Source of the DNA: Dipteris shenzhenensis
Lineage: Eukaryota
DNA length: 64,000 nt
Assembly: GCA_047967505.1 (NCBI GenBank)
Contig: CM106538.1
Reading direction: 5' to 3' (one strand)
This document shows positions 38,009 through 50,845 of this stretch, piece after piece. The translations under genes and the position numbers were made by a program. The stretch's first letter is position 1; each line of letters starts with the position of its first letter. The notes beneath the pieces were generated by a model, which saw only the letters and a list, made by a program, of their open reading frames with translations, searched no databases and was not told the origin of the DNA.

Positions 38009-41000
38009 ATGGCATCTGATTCTCTTTCACAGATTGTCACTGAAAAGCTTGACAAGAACAACTTCCAGGCATGGAAGTTTAGAATGACGAATTTCTTAAT
38101 GGGAAAAGGCTATTGGGAATTCATTATAGGAAATGAAGAAGAACCTGTTCTTCCTAATGTTCCCAGTCAACAGGAAATGCAGGCATTCAAAGGATGGCAT
38201 GAGAGAGCCAGGAAAGTTATGTACTGGCTATCTATCAGTACTTCGGACTCCATGATTGTGCATATTCAGGATGCAAATACGCCAAAGGAGGCATGGGATA
38301 CTTTGGCAAAAATGTATAGCACAAATACGCAAGCCAGGAAAATGCAACTCAAACAGGAGTTGCACAATGTGCAGAGAGAAAATTTGAGCATAAATGACTA
38401 CCACATGAAAGTGAAGAAAATTGCAGATGCACTTGCTTCCATTGGGTCGCCAGTGGATGATGATGATTTGGTTTCTGTGACCTTGAATGGTCTAGGAAAG
38501 GATTATGCACAGTTCCGGACATCCATTGCCGTCCGTGAAAACTTTCCTGATTTTGAGGAGTTGATTGCTCTTCTAATTTCTGAAGAGCAGAGAAATGGGG
38601 GTGCATCTTCTTCAGCAGGAACTTCAAAAGAAACTGTCTTCTACTCAAATGCTGGCAGAGGTAGAGGCAGAGGTAGAGGAGGCCGATCTGCAGGCCGTGG
38701 TAGAAATCAGAATATGCAGCGAACGCAAGAAAACCAGTCCTATGCAGGAGGACGTGGTAACTCTAGAGGCAGGGGGAGCCAAAGAGATCGTGGTGGATGG
38801 TAGAGAAGCCAAAATGCAAACAGCAATGTTGAATGCTACTATTGTGGCAAAATGGGTCATATGGCTAAAGACTGCTACAAAAAGCAGAATGACATTATGA
38901 GTGGAAAATTGCAGCAAGCCAATTATGCATCCTCTAGTAGACAGGGTGATGACAGAAATGAGCATTTGTTTATGGTGCAGCATATGACAAATTCTGTAAC
39001 AATTGCAGAAGAAAGCAATGATGTGTGGTATGTTGACTCGGGTGCGTCAAACCACATGACAGGTCACGCTGAATGGATGCAGGATGCAAGAAAAATGGAA
39101 AAACCAGGATTTGTGGAGACTGGTGATGATACTGCACATCCTATTGTGCAGATTGGCAAAATTCCTTTGTCTATGCAGGATGGGAAAAAGAAATACTTGT
39201 CTGATGTATTTCATGTCCCGAACATCACCAAGAACCTAGTTTCTGTTGGTCAGATGGTTGAGCAGGGCTTGCAGGTCAGATTTAATCCTCATGGATGCTT
39301 TGTTGACGATATGAAAGAAGAAGGGCAGGATGTTTACGTTGGATGCAGACATGCCTGAATTGAGTGCAGCAATGTTTGCACATGGGACCGGTGTAGTTGC
39401 AGATATTGATATCTGGCACAAACGCATTGGTCATGTTAATATACAGTGACTTAAATCAATGCAAGCCCAAAATATTGTTGCAGGATTGCCAAAATTCAAG
39501 GTTGCAGAAATGCACAAGATTTGTGAAGCCTATCAATTTGGGAAACAGGCAAGGAAACCTTTTCCTAGGCATGTTCAAGAGAGTAAAAAGCCATTGGAAT
39601 TAATCCACTCTGATGTGTGGACTACAAAAGCTGCATCTATTGGAGGCTGTCACTATTTTGTCACATTTATTGATGACTTCAGCAGAAAACTGTGGGTGTA
39701 TTTTATGAAAAAGAAAAGTGAAGTGTTTGGGCACTTCAAAGCTTTCAAAGCTGTGGTTGAAAAAGAAACAGGCCTGCAAATAAAATGCCTAAGGTCAGAT
39801 GGAGGGGGAGAGTACCTCTCAAATGAGTTTGCAAGGTTCTTGCAGGAGCATGGTATAAAGCAGCAATATTCATGCAGTCATACCCCACAGCAAAATGGAA
39901 TTGCAGAAAGAAAAAACAGGCATATTGGAGAGGTATCTCGGGCTATGCTAAATGAAAAAGATCTACCAGATTATTATTGGGCTGAAGCAGTTGCTACAGC
40001 AGTCTATATAATGAACAAGACTCCCACTGCAGCAATACATGGCATGACGCCAGAGGAGATGTATACTGGTAGGAAACCAGATATTTCTCATTTGAAGATT
40101 TTTGGTTGCATTGCCTATGTCCATGTGCCAGATGAGCTGAGGTCCAAGTTGGATCCAAAAGCTGAGAAGTGCATCTTTATTGGTTATTCTCTGCAGCAGA
40201 AAGGGTATAGATGCTATAACCCTTGTACACGTAAGTCCACAGTGAGCAGAGATGTTGTTTTTGATGAGATGAGCAGCTGGTATAAACCAGTAAATGTGAT
40301 GATTGATGTAGATGCACAAAATGGTAATGCTGCACAGAATGCACAGCAGCAATCACAAAATATCAGTGGACCTGGAGTGTCCTCTACCAGTGGTTCACAT
40401 ACTTCGCCATGGACAGGCAGATTGAGATCAGGAGAATCCCCTCAAAGCAATGCAGAGAGTGCTACGCAGGTATCACGAAAAGGGAAAGAGAAGTAGATCA
40501 GCCCATGTATGATGTGAATGCAGGTCACTCTTGTGTGGATGGTGAATCCAATGGCTCAGAACAGAGCATTGATGATGAGTTGGGTATTCCTTCTGTTGTT
40601 ACACCTGGAGTAAGGAAGACCAGGGATGTTTTGAGAGCACCTGGAAGTGAGCCTATTTTGCGCAGGTCTACCAGGGCTAGGTATCCTGTGGATAGGTTGA
40701 AATATGATGGATTTACAGCCATTCACTATGCCTATATGGTCAAAGTGATACAGGAACCAGAACCCACTTCTTTTGAGCAAGCCATGGGAAATGAAAAATG
40801 GGAGAAAGCCATGGATGAAGAAATGGATGCCTTGGATGCTAATGCTACATGGGAATTGGTGCCTTTGCCTAAAGGCAAGAATGCAATTGGTTGTAAGTAA
40901 GTTTATAAGATCAAGCACAATGCAGATGGTTCTGTGAATAGATACAAGGCAAGATTAGTTGTCAAGGGGTATGCACAGACATATGGCATTGATTATGAAG

Positions 41001-42343
41001 AAACTTTCAGCCCGGTTGCAAGGATGGCAACCGTAAGAGCAGCCATTGCTATGGCTGCATCAAAGGGATGGTCTTTACATCAGATGGATGTAAAGAATGC
41101 CTTCTTGCATGGTGATTTGCAAGAAGAGGTCTTTATGGAGCAGCCAGCAGGTTATGTTCATGCTACTCATCCTGAGTTTGTTTGCAGGTTGAAGAAAACC
41201 TTGTATGGCTTGAAGCAAGCACCTAGAGCATGGTCTGACAAGATAGGACAGTATCTTGTCACTATTGGCTTTCAGATTTCCAAGGCAGATTTCTCACTCT
41301 ATGTGAGAAAAACAGAGAAAGGGATTATGCTGCTGGTCATTTATGTTGATGATTTGATCATCACAGGTGATAGTGATGAAGATATCCTTCATGTGAAAAT
41401 GCTATTGAGGCAGAAGTTTGAGATGAAGGATTTGGGAGAGCTGCGTTATTTCTTGGGCATTGAGGTGACTAGATCACCAAGTGGGATACAGCTCTTGCAG
41501 AGGCAGTATGGATTGGACATGCTGTCCAAATATGGGATGACAGGCTGTAAGCCTATTTCAGTTCCTTTGGAGCAGAATGTGAAGCTGAGCACAGATGCAG
41601 GTGAGCTTTTGGAAGACCCTACTATGTACAGACGCATAGTAGGAAGTTTGATTTACATGACTATTACCAGGCCAGATTTGAGCTATGCTGTTGGGTTGGT
41701 AAGTCAGTTTATGCAGGCTCCAAGGAAACCGCATTTGGATGCGGCTAGACGCATACTCAGGTATGTGAAGTCCACATTGCAGTATGGACTATTTTATGAG
41801 GCTGGGGTTCAGATACAGTTGCATGGATATACTGATGCTGATTGGGCTGGTAGCATTTCAGATAGACGATCTACCAGTGGATATGTGTTCTCTTTTGGGA
41901 GTGCTGCAGTCACTTGGAGCAGCAAGAAACAGCCTACAGTTGCCTTGTCGAGCACAGAGGCTGAGTACAGGGGTGCAGCAATGGCTGCATGTGAGGTAGC
42001 TTGGTTGCATAAGCTACTCTATGATATGCATCAGTCTACAGATGGGCCAGTTGTCATTTATTGTGACAACATGAGTAGTATACATTTGGCAAAGAACCCA
42101 GTCTTTCATGCCAGAACAAAGCACATTGAGGTGCATTATCACTATGTGCGGGAGAAGGTTTTACTAGGTCTTATTGATCTAGTTTATGTCAGCACAGAGG
42201 ATCAGGTAGCTGACATATTCACGAAAGCATTGGGCGCAGAGAAACTGTGCAAGTTCAGAGACCTGCTTGGTGTGCAGGATTTGGGATTGAGCTCGAGGGG
42301 GAGTGTTGAGATATCGAGTTCCACTCGAGATATGCCAGGGTGA
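38009..42343 (+). pseudogene. gag-pol: Copia gag-pol (Gag, CCHC, protease, integrase, RT, RNase H) with stops and frameshifts
   Basis: CYYCGKMGHMAKDC; WYVDSGASNHM; LRSDGGGEY; PQQNGIAERKN; YVDD; DADWAG; RTKHIEVHYH. Confidence 0.95.
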
Positions 42344-42347
42344 CCGT

Positions 42348-45300
42348 TGTGAAGATTGTGGGAGAGAGGGAAGGAGTCTGACTTGAGGCTTTCTCACAAT
42401 CACAATGGGGGAATACACACAAAGGTGGAGGCTGAAAACAGTTTTCCTCTTCTTAGTTGTGAAAGCCAAAAGAACTCTAGTACAAAGAAATAGAAGAACC
42501 CTATATGTGGGTCTCAAACCAAACTCAACTAACTAAGGTGGCATACTAACTGAGCCACAAACTAGAGTAGATAAGGATGCTGTCATCCAGCTATTATTCG
42601 TGGGCGGTGTACCAACCGCATCTCCAGCTAACAGGTCCATGACATAAATGCACAACAGTCACCCTAGCATATCGCGAGTGGAGCTCAATATCTCAACACT
42701 CCCCCTCGAGCTCAATCCCAATTCCTGCACACCAAGCAGGTTTCTGAACTTGCGCAGCTTCTCTGCGCCCAATGCTTTCGTGAAGATGTCAGCTACCTGA
42801 TCCTCTGTGCTGACATAAACTAGATCAATGAGACCTAGTAACACCTTCTCCCGCACATAGTGATAATGCACCTCAATGTGCTTTGTTTTGGCATGAAAGA
42901 CTGGGTTCTTTGCCAAATGTATACTACTCATGATGTCACAATAAATGACAACTGACCCATCTGTAGACTGATGCATATCATAGAGTAGCTTATGCAACCA
43001 AGCTACCTCACATGCAACCATTGCTGCACCCCTGTACTCAGCCTCTGTGCTCGACAAGGCAACTGCAGGCTGTTTCTTGCTGCTCCAAGTGACTGCAGCA
43101 CTCCCAAAAGAGAACACATATCCACTGGTAGATCGTCTATCAGAAATGCTACCAGCCCAATCAGCATCAGTGTATCCATGCAACTGTAGCTGAACCCCAG
43201 CCTCATAAAATAGTCCATACTGCAATGTGGACTTCACATACCTGAGTATGCGTCTAGCCGCATCCAAATGCGGTTTCCTTGGAGCCTGCATAAACTGACT
43301 TACCAACCCAACAGCATAGCTCAAATCTGGCCTAGTAATAGTCATGTAAATCAAACTTCCTACTATGCGTCTGTACATAGTAGGGTCTTCCAGAAGCTCA
43401 CCTGCATCTGTGCTCAGCTTCACATTCTGCTCCAAAGGAACTGAAATAGGCTTACAGCCTGTCATCCCATATTTGGACAGCATGTCCAATCCATACTGCC
43501 TCTACAAGAGCCGTATCCCACTTGGTGATCTAATCACCTCAATGCCCAAGAAATAACGCAGCTCTCCCAAATCCTTCATCTCAAACTTCTGCCTCAATAG
43601 CATTTTCACATGAAGGATATCTTCATCACTATCACCTGTGATGATCAAATCATCAACATAAATGACCAGCAGCATAATCCCTTTCTCTGTTTTTCTCACA
43701 TAGAGTGAGAAATCTGCCTTGGAAATCTGAAAGCCAATAGTGACAAGATACTGTCCTATCTTGTCAGACCATGCTCTAGGTGCTTGCTTCAAGCCATACA
43801 AGGCTTTCTTCAACCTGCAAACAAAATCAGGATGAATAGCATGAACATAACCTGCTGGCTGCTCCATAAAGACCTCTTCTTGCAAATCACCATGCAAGAA
43901 GGCATTCTTTACATCCATCTGATGTAAAGACCATCCCTTTGATGTAGCCATAGCAATGGCTGCTCTTACGGTTGCCATCCTTGCAACCGCGCTGAAAGTT
44001 TCTTCATAATCAATGCCATATGTCTGTGCATACCCCTTGACAACTAATCTTGCCTTGTATCTATTCACAGAACCATCTGCATTGTGCTTGATCTTATAAA
44101 CCCACTTACAACCAATTGCATTCTTGCCTTTAGGCAAAGGCACCAATTCCCATGTAGCATTAGCATCCAAGGCATCCATTTCTTCATCCATGGCTTTCTC
44201 CCATTTTTCATTTCCCATGGCTTGCTCAAAAGAAGTGGGTTCTGGTTCCTGTATCACTTTGACCATATAGGCATAGTGAATGGCTGTAAATCCATCATAT
44301 TTCAGCCTATCCACAGGATACCTAACCCTGGTAGACTTGCGCAAAATAGGCTCACTTCCAGGTGCTGTCAAAACATCCCTGGTCTTCCTTACTCCAGGTG
44401 TAACAACAGAAGGAATACCCAACTCATCATCAATGCTCTGTTCTGAGCCACTGGATTCACCATCCACATAAGAGTGACCTGCATTCACATCAAACATGGG
44501 CTGATCTACCTTCTCTTTTCCTTTTCGTGATACCTGCATACCACCATCTACATTGCTTTGAGGGGATTCTCCTGATCTCAATCTGCCTGTCCATGGCGAA
44601 GTATGTGAACCACTGGTAGAGGACACTCCAGGTCCACTGATATTTTGTGATTGCTGCTGTGCATTCTGTGCAGCATTACCATTTTGTGCATCTACATCAA
44701 TCATCACATTTACTGGTGTATACCAGCTGCTCATCTCATCAAAAACAACATCTCTGCTCACTGTGGACTTACGTGTAGAAGGGTTATAGCATCTATACCC
44801 TTTTTGCTGCAGAGAATAACCAATAAAGATGCACTTGTCAGCTTTTGGATCCAACTTGGACCTCAACTCATCTGGCACATGGACATAAGCAATGCAACCA
44901 AAAATCTTCAAATGAGAAATATTTGGTTTCCTACCAGTATACATCTCCTCTGGCGTCATGCCATGTATTGCTGCAGTGGGAGTCCTGTTCATTATATAGA
45001 CTACTGTAGCAACTGCTTCAACCCAATAATAATAGCCCAATAATAATCTGGTAGATCTTTTTCATTTAGCATAGCCCGAGATACCTCTCCAATATGCCTG
45101 TTTTTTCTTTCTGCAATTCCATTTTACTGTGGGGTATGACTGCATGAATATTGCTTCTTTATACCATGCTCCTGCAAGAACCTTGCAAACGCATTTGAGA
45201 GGTACTCTCCCCCTCCATCTGACCTTAGGCATTTTATTTGCAGGCCTGTTTCTTTTTCAACCATAGCTTTGAAAGCTTTGAAGTGCCCAAACACTTCACT

Positions 45301-47179
45301 TTTCTTTTTCATAAAATACACCCACAGTTTTCTACTGGAATTTGTCATATGCTGCACCATAAACAAATGCTCATTTCTGTCATCACCCTGTCTACTAGAG
45401 GATGCATAATTGCCTTGCTGCAATTTTCCACTCATAATGTCATTCTGCTTTTTGTAGCAGTCTTTAGCCATATGACCCATTTCGCCACAATAGTAGCATT
45501 CAACATTGCTGTTTGCATTTTGGCTTCTCTGCCATCCACCACGGCCTCTTTGGCTCCCCTTGCCTCTAGAGTTACCACGTCCTCCTGCATAGGACTGGTT
45601 TTCTTGCGTTTGCTGCATATTCTGATTTCTACCACGGCCTGCAGATCGGCCTCCTCTACCTCTGCCTGTACCTCTGCCAGCATTTGAGTAGAAGACAGTT
45701 TCTTTTGAAGTTCCTACTGAAGAAGATGCACCCCCATTTCTCTGCTCTTCAGAAATTAGAAGAGCAATCAACTCCTCAAAATCAGGAAACTTTTCACGGA
45801 CAGCAATGGATGTCCGGAACTATGCATAATCCTTTCCTAGACCATTCAAGGTCATAGAAACCAAATCGTCATCATCCACTGGCGACCCAATGGAAGCAAG
45901 TGCATCTGCAATTTTCTTCACTTTCATGTGGTAGTCATTTATGCTCAAATTTTCTCTCTGCACATTGTGCAACTCTTGTTTGAGTTGCATTTTCCTGGCT
46001 TGCGTATTTGTGCTATACATTTTTGCCAAAGTATCCCATGCCTCCTTTGGCGTATTTGCATCCTGAATATGCACAATCATGGAGTCCGAAATACTGATAG
46101 ACAGCCAGTACATAACTTTCCTGGCTCTCTCATATCATCCTTTGAATGCCTGCATTTCCTGTTGACTGGGAACATTAGGAAGAACAGGTTCTTCTTCATT
46201 TCCTGTAATGAATTCCCAATAGCCTTTTCCCATCAAGAAATTCGTCATTCTAAACTTCCATGCCTGGAAGTTGTTCTTGTCAAGCTTTTCAGTGACAATC
46301 TGTGAAAGAGAATCAGATGCCATTACAGAACACTGCAAAATATTCTGTCACTGCAAAAAACATAGCTTTTTGCCTCACACGGGCAGATCTGCAAAACTGA
46401 CGAAAGTGGTATTTCACCACACAGTCACTTCCTAGTGACGATTTTGCATCAACAGGCAACAGGCATGAATCTGTAACTCCCAATATCTGTGCACACAGGC
46501 ATACGATGCAATTTCTGTGGCACCTTTCCACCGACTAGCCGCGCAGTGGTCGCACAGCCAAAAACAGGGCCTTTTTCTGAGTGCCTGCGAAGAACTTCCG
46601 CCTTCAAAACGGGCCCCGAAACGGCCCGCAGCATATACTGCGCTCTCGCCACACCGTGAAGGGCGTCTCAATCTAAAACAGTGCACTCCTGCACTTCTGG
46701 CTGTGCTATTTGCAGAGATTTGCTCCCAAACTCGAAATAGGAAAGCAACACTGGTCCTCTTACCAGGACACCACGAACTTGGCTTGCTTTCTTGAGCTCC
46801 TTACCACGAACAAGGCTCTGATACCATGTGAAGATAGTGGGAGAGAGGGAAGGAGTCTCACTTGCGGCTTTCTCACAATCACAAATGGGGGAATACACAC
46901 AAATGTGGAGGCTGAAAACAGTTTTCCTCTTCTTAGTTGTGAAAGCCAAAAGAACTCTAGTACAAAGAAATAGAAGAACCCTATATGTGGGTCTCAAACC
47001 AAACTCAACTAACTAAGGTGGCATACTAACTGAGCCACAAACTAGAGTAGATAAGGATAGCTGTCATCGAGCTATTATTCGTGGGCAGTGTACCAACCGC
47101 ATCTCCAGCTAACAGGTCGGTGACATAAATGCACAAGAGTCACCCTGGCATAGCGCGAGTGGAGCTCGATATCTCAACA
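42348..47179 (-). mobile_element. Copia element B (same family), inverted inside the 3' LTR of A, with an internal deletion
   Basis: LTRs 42348-42698 and 46827-47179; PBS ends at 46826; TSD ACCGT (42343-42347, 47180-47184); junction HMTNS|SRKLWVYF removes the protease and pre-integrase region. Confidence 0.97.
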
Positions 47180-47493
47180 ACCGTTGTGTACTTATGTCAC
47201 TGACTTGTTAGCTGGAGATGCGGTTGGTACACCACCCACGAATAATAGCTGGATGACAGCTATCCTTATCTACTCTAGTTTGTGGCTCAGTTAGTATGCC
47301 ATCTTAGTTAGTTGAGTTTGGTTTGAGACCCACATATAGGGTTCTTCTATTTCTTTGTACTAGAGTTCTTTTGGCTTTCACAACTAAGAAGAGGAAAACT
47401 GTTTTCAGCCTCCACCTTTGTGTGTATTCCCCCATTTGTGATTGTGAGAAAGCCGCAAGTGAGACTCCTTCCCTCTCTCCCACTATCTTCACA

Positions 47494-47875
47494 TTGTGCC
47501 CATCGGATATGCTTTACATAGTAGATTGAGTATTAAATACCATTTTTGGCCTTGGTGTCATGTACAACGGTCAAAAAACACGATCGTAGGTGTCATTTTC
47601 AAACATGTACTTATTGGATGGGGATGCCACTTTGCACACAAGTCAATACTGCCTAGGTTGAGGAACGTGCAAAGTCTTGTGTCCATTGGATATGCTTTGC
47701 ATAGTCGATCTCACATGATACACCATTTTGTTCCTAGTGTTATGCACAATCGTCATAAAATACGTTTGGAGGTGTGTTATCCGAACAAGTACTTATGGGA
47801 TGGGTGCACCACTTTGTATGCAAGTCAATAAGACCTAGGTTGAGGCGTGTACAAAGTTTTGTGCCCATCGGAGAA
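47494..47875. repeat. Distal diverged satellite monomers
   Basis: Satellite resumes in register after the TSD (TTGTGCCCATCGGATATG); about 2 monomers. Confidence 0.9.
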
Positions 47876-48779
47876 ATGTAGATGCGATAATATTAGAAAA
47901 TTCTCGGTATGTTTATATGTGTGTGCCTTGAGTAAATAAGCTTGTTGATGAGGATAAATATGCCCTTGAATAAAAGCACAGTTGTTGTATGACCACAATA
48001 GGATCGCTTTGACACCTGTGATTTTGCCCACATGTAAGTTTGCAAATAGTATAAAAAATCATATATTAATATATTAAAAGTTTGCAAATGTGTATAGCAA
48101 GTGAGTAATGGGAAGTGGAAGTGGGAGTGAGGAGGGAGGAGTGGAATGGGAGAGGGAAGTAATAGGGGTGTATGATAATAAGTATAAAAAATAGTATAAT
48201 AATATATTGATAGTTTTCAAATGGCAAGTGAGTAATGGGAAGTGGAAGTGAGAGTGGGGAGGGAAGAATGGAATGGGAGAGGGAAAGGTAATAGGGGAGT
48301 AGGATAATAAGGGAGTGAAATGAGTGAGGGAGTTAATAGGGGATGAAAAAGAGGAGGGTGAGATGGGGAAATATGGGATTTTGGGAAATGGGAGGAGTAT
48401 GGGACGTGGTGGAAATGTGGGATGGGAGTGGTGGCAATGGGGAGGAAGAAGAAATGGATGGATGGGGGGAGGGCTAATGGAAGATTGGGATGAGGGATGG
48501 GGGTGCAATGGGAGAGGGGGAGTAATGGGAGCTAATGGGAGAGGGGATAAATGAAAAGCCAATAGGAGAGAGGGGAGGAATGGAAAGCCAATAGGAGAGG
48601 AGGAGGAAAACCTAATTTTTCTTATATATAGTCATCCTTCTTCATTCATTCTCCCCTCATTTCATTCATTGAAGCAAACTTACAAACTTTTTCCAGGTAC
48701 TTGCAAATTTTTTTGATTAATTCTTTTTCTAGATTTTTTTTTTAAATTTGAAGAGAGAGGAACTAGAGAGAGAAAGGTT

Positions 48780-50845
48780 GAGGGGAGGAGAAGAAGAGGA
48801 TGGAGGGGCTGGAGGGAAGGGAGGAGGAAGGGAGGGAGAGGCTGGGGATGAGTAGAGGGGGGAAAGGAGGAGGGAAGGGGGCGGGGGGGACTAGGTCTCC
48901 CCTGGAGGGGGGGAAGGGGGGAGGGGAGGGGGGGCTGGTGGAAGGGGAGGAGGGGGGGGGGACTGGCGAGGGGGAAGAGGGGAGGGGGGGGAAGGGGGGA
49001 GTGGGGAAGGGGGGGGCGGGGGTGAAGGGGGGGGAGAGGTAAGGGGGTGGGAGGGGCTGGCGGTCGGGGGAAGGAGGGGGGGAGGAGGGGTGGGGAAAAG
49101 TGGGGGGGGCTGAGAGGGGGGGCGGGGGGGCTGGCAGCCGCGGCCGCCAGCTCGGGGGCGGGGAGGGGGGTGGGTGGGGGTGAAGGGGGGGGAGGGGGAA
49201 GGGAGTGGGAGGGGTGAAGGGGGTGGGAGGGGCTGAGAGGGGGGGGGGTTGGCGGCCGCAGCCGCCAGCCCAGGGGAAGGGGGGGGAAGGGGGGGTGGGG
49301 AAGAGGGAGGGGAGGGCTGAGAGGGGGGGGGGCTGGCAGCCGCAGCCGCCAGCCCGGGGGAAGGGGGGAAGGGGGGGAGAGGGGGCGGGGAAAGGGGGAG
49401 AGGGGGCAGGGAAAGGGGGGGGCTGGGGGGCCGCGAAGGGGGGATGGGGAAGAGGGGGGAGGGAGGGCTAAGAGGGGGGGGCTGCCAGCCGCGGCCACCA
49501 GCCCAGGGGAAGGGGGGAGGGGGGCGAGAGGGGGTCGGGAAGGGGGGTGGCGGGGGTGAAGGGGGGGAGGGGGAAGGGGGTGGGGTGCGAGAGGGGGGGG
49601 GCTGGGGGGCCGCGAAGGGGGGGTGGGGAAGAGGGGGGGGGAGGGCTGAGAGGGGGGGGCTGGTGGCCGCGGCTGCCAGCCCGAGGGAAGGGGGAGGGGG
49701 GGGAGAGGGGGCGGCGAAGGGGGGGCAAGGGTGAACGGGGGGAGGGGGAAGGGGGTGGGGTGCGAGAGGGGGGGTGCGAGGGGGGGGGAGGCTGGCGACC
49801 GCGGTCAATAGCCTGTGGAGAGGGAAGGGGGTGGGGTGCGAGAGGGGGGGCACGAGAGGGGGGGAGGCTGGCGACCGCGGTCGCCAGCCCGTGGAGGGGG
49901 GGGGCAGGGGTTAAGGGGCAGGAGGGGGAAGGGGGTGCGAGGGGGGTGGTGGAAGGGGGGGTGGAGGGGAAAGGGGGGAGAGGGGGGGCGGGGAGTGGGT
50001 CAGGAAAGGGGGGAGGGGGGGGCTGGGGAGTGGGTCAGGAAAGGGGGAAGGGGGTGCAAGGGGGGTCAGGAAAGGGGGAAGGGGGTGCAAGGGGGGTCAG
50101 GAAAGGGGGGAGGGGGGCAGGGGGGAAGGGGGTGGGACGGTGGGGGAGGAAGGGGGTAGGGGGGGGCTGGCAACCACGGCCGCCAGCCTTGGGGAAGGGG
50201 GGAAGGGGGGGTGGAGGGGGAAGGGGGTGAGAAAGGGGGTAGGGGGGGAAAGGGGGTAGGGGAGGAAGGGGGTAGGGGGGGGCTGGCGGCCGCAGACGCC
50301 AGCCTTGGGGAAGGGGGGGTGGAGGGGGAAGGGGGTGGGAAAGGGGGTAGGGGAGGAAGGGGGTAGGGGGGGGGCTAGCAGCCGCAGCCGCCAGCCCTGG
50401 GGAAGGGGGGAAGGGGGGTGGAGGGGTAAGGGGTTGGGACGGGGCCGGGGGGAAAGGGGGTAGGGGGGGAAAGGGGGTGGGATGGGGGCGGTGGGGAAAG
50501 GGGGTAGGGGGGGGAAAGGGGGGAGGCGGGGGGGAAAGGGGGGTGGGAGGGGGAAGGGGGGGGGCAGAGGGGGAAGGGGAGGGGGGGAATGGGAGGGGAG
50601 GGGTCGAGAGGGGGAGGGATTTTGGCAGCAGAGGGAGGGGAGGGGAGGGCAGGGGAGGAGGGGAGGGCAGGGGGTCGAGGGAGGGAGGAGTTTTGGCAGC
50701 GGACGGAGGGGAGGGGAGGGGAAGGGAGGGGAGGGGAGGAGGGGAGGGTGGGGGTCCAGGGAGGGAGGGAGGGGAGCGGAAGGAGAGAGAGGAAAGAGAG
50801 AGGGAGAGGAGAGGAGGGAGCAGAAGGAGAGAGAGGGGAGAGGAG
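48780..50845 (+). repeat. Extremely G-rich minisatellite with GGCTGGC..GCCAGCC hairpin motifs
   Basis: Dense G4-G9 runs on the + strand; repeated GGCTGGCRGCCGCRGCCGCCAGCC. Confidence 0.9.

Larger units (their letters stand above)
37111..47493 (+). mobile_element. Near full-length Ty1/Copia element A inserted in the satellite
   Basis: 5' LTR 37111-37463; PBS 37464-37476; PPT before 42304; 3' LTR 42304-42347 plus 47185-47493; TSD TTGTG (37106-37110, 47494-47498). Confidence 0.97.

Noticed and set aside
37111-47493. Assembly fold-back artefact
   Set aside because: The arms differ by many substitutions and a deletion, and both TSDs are coherent
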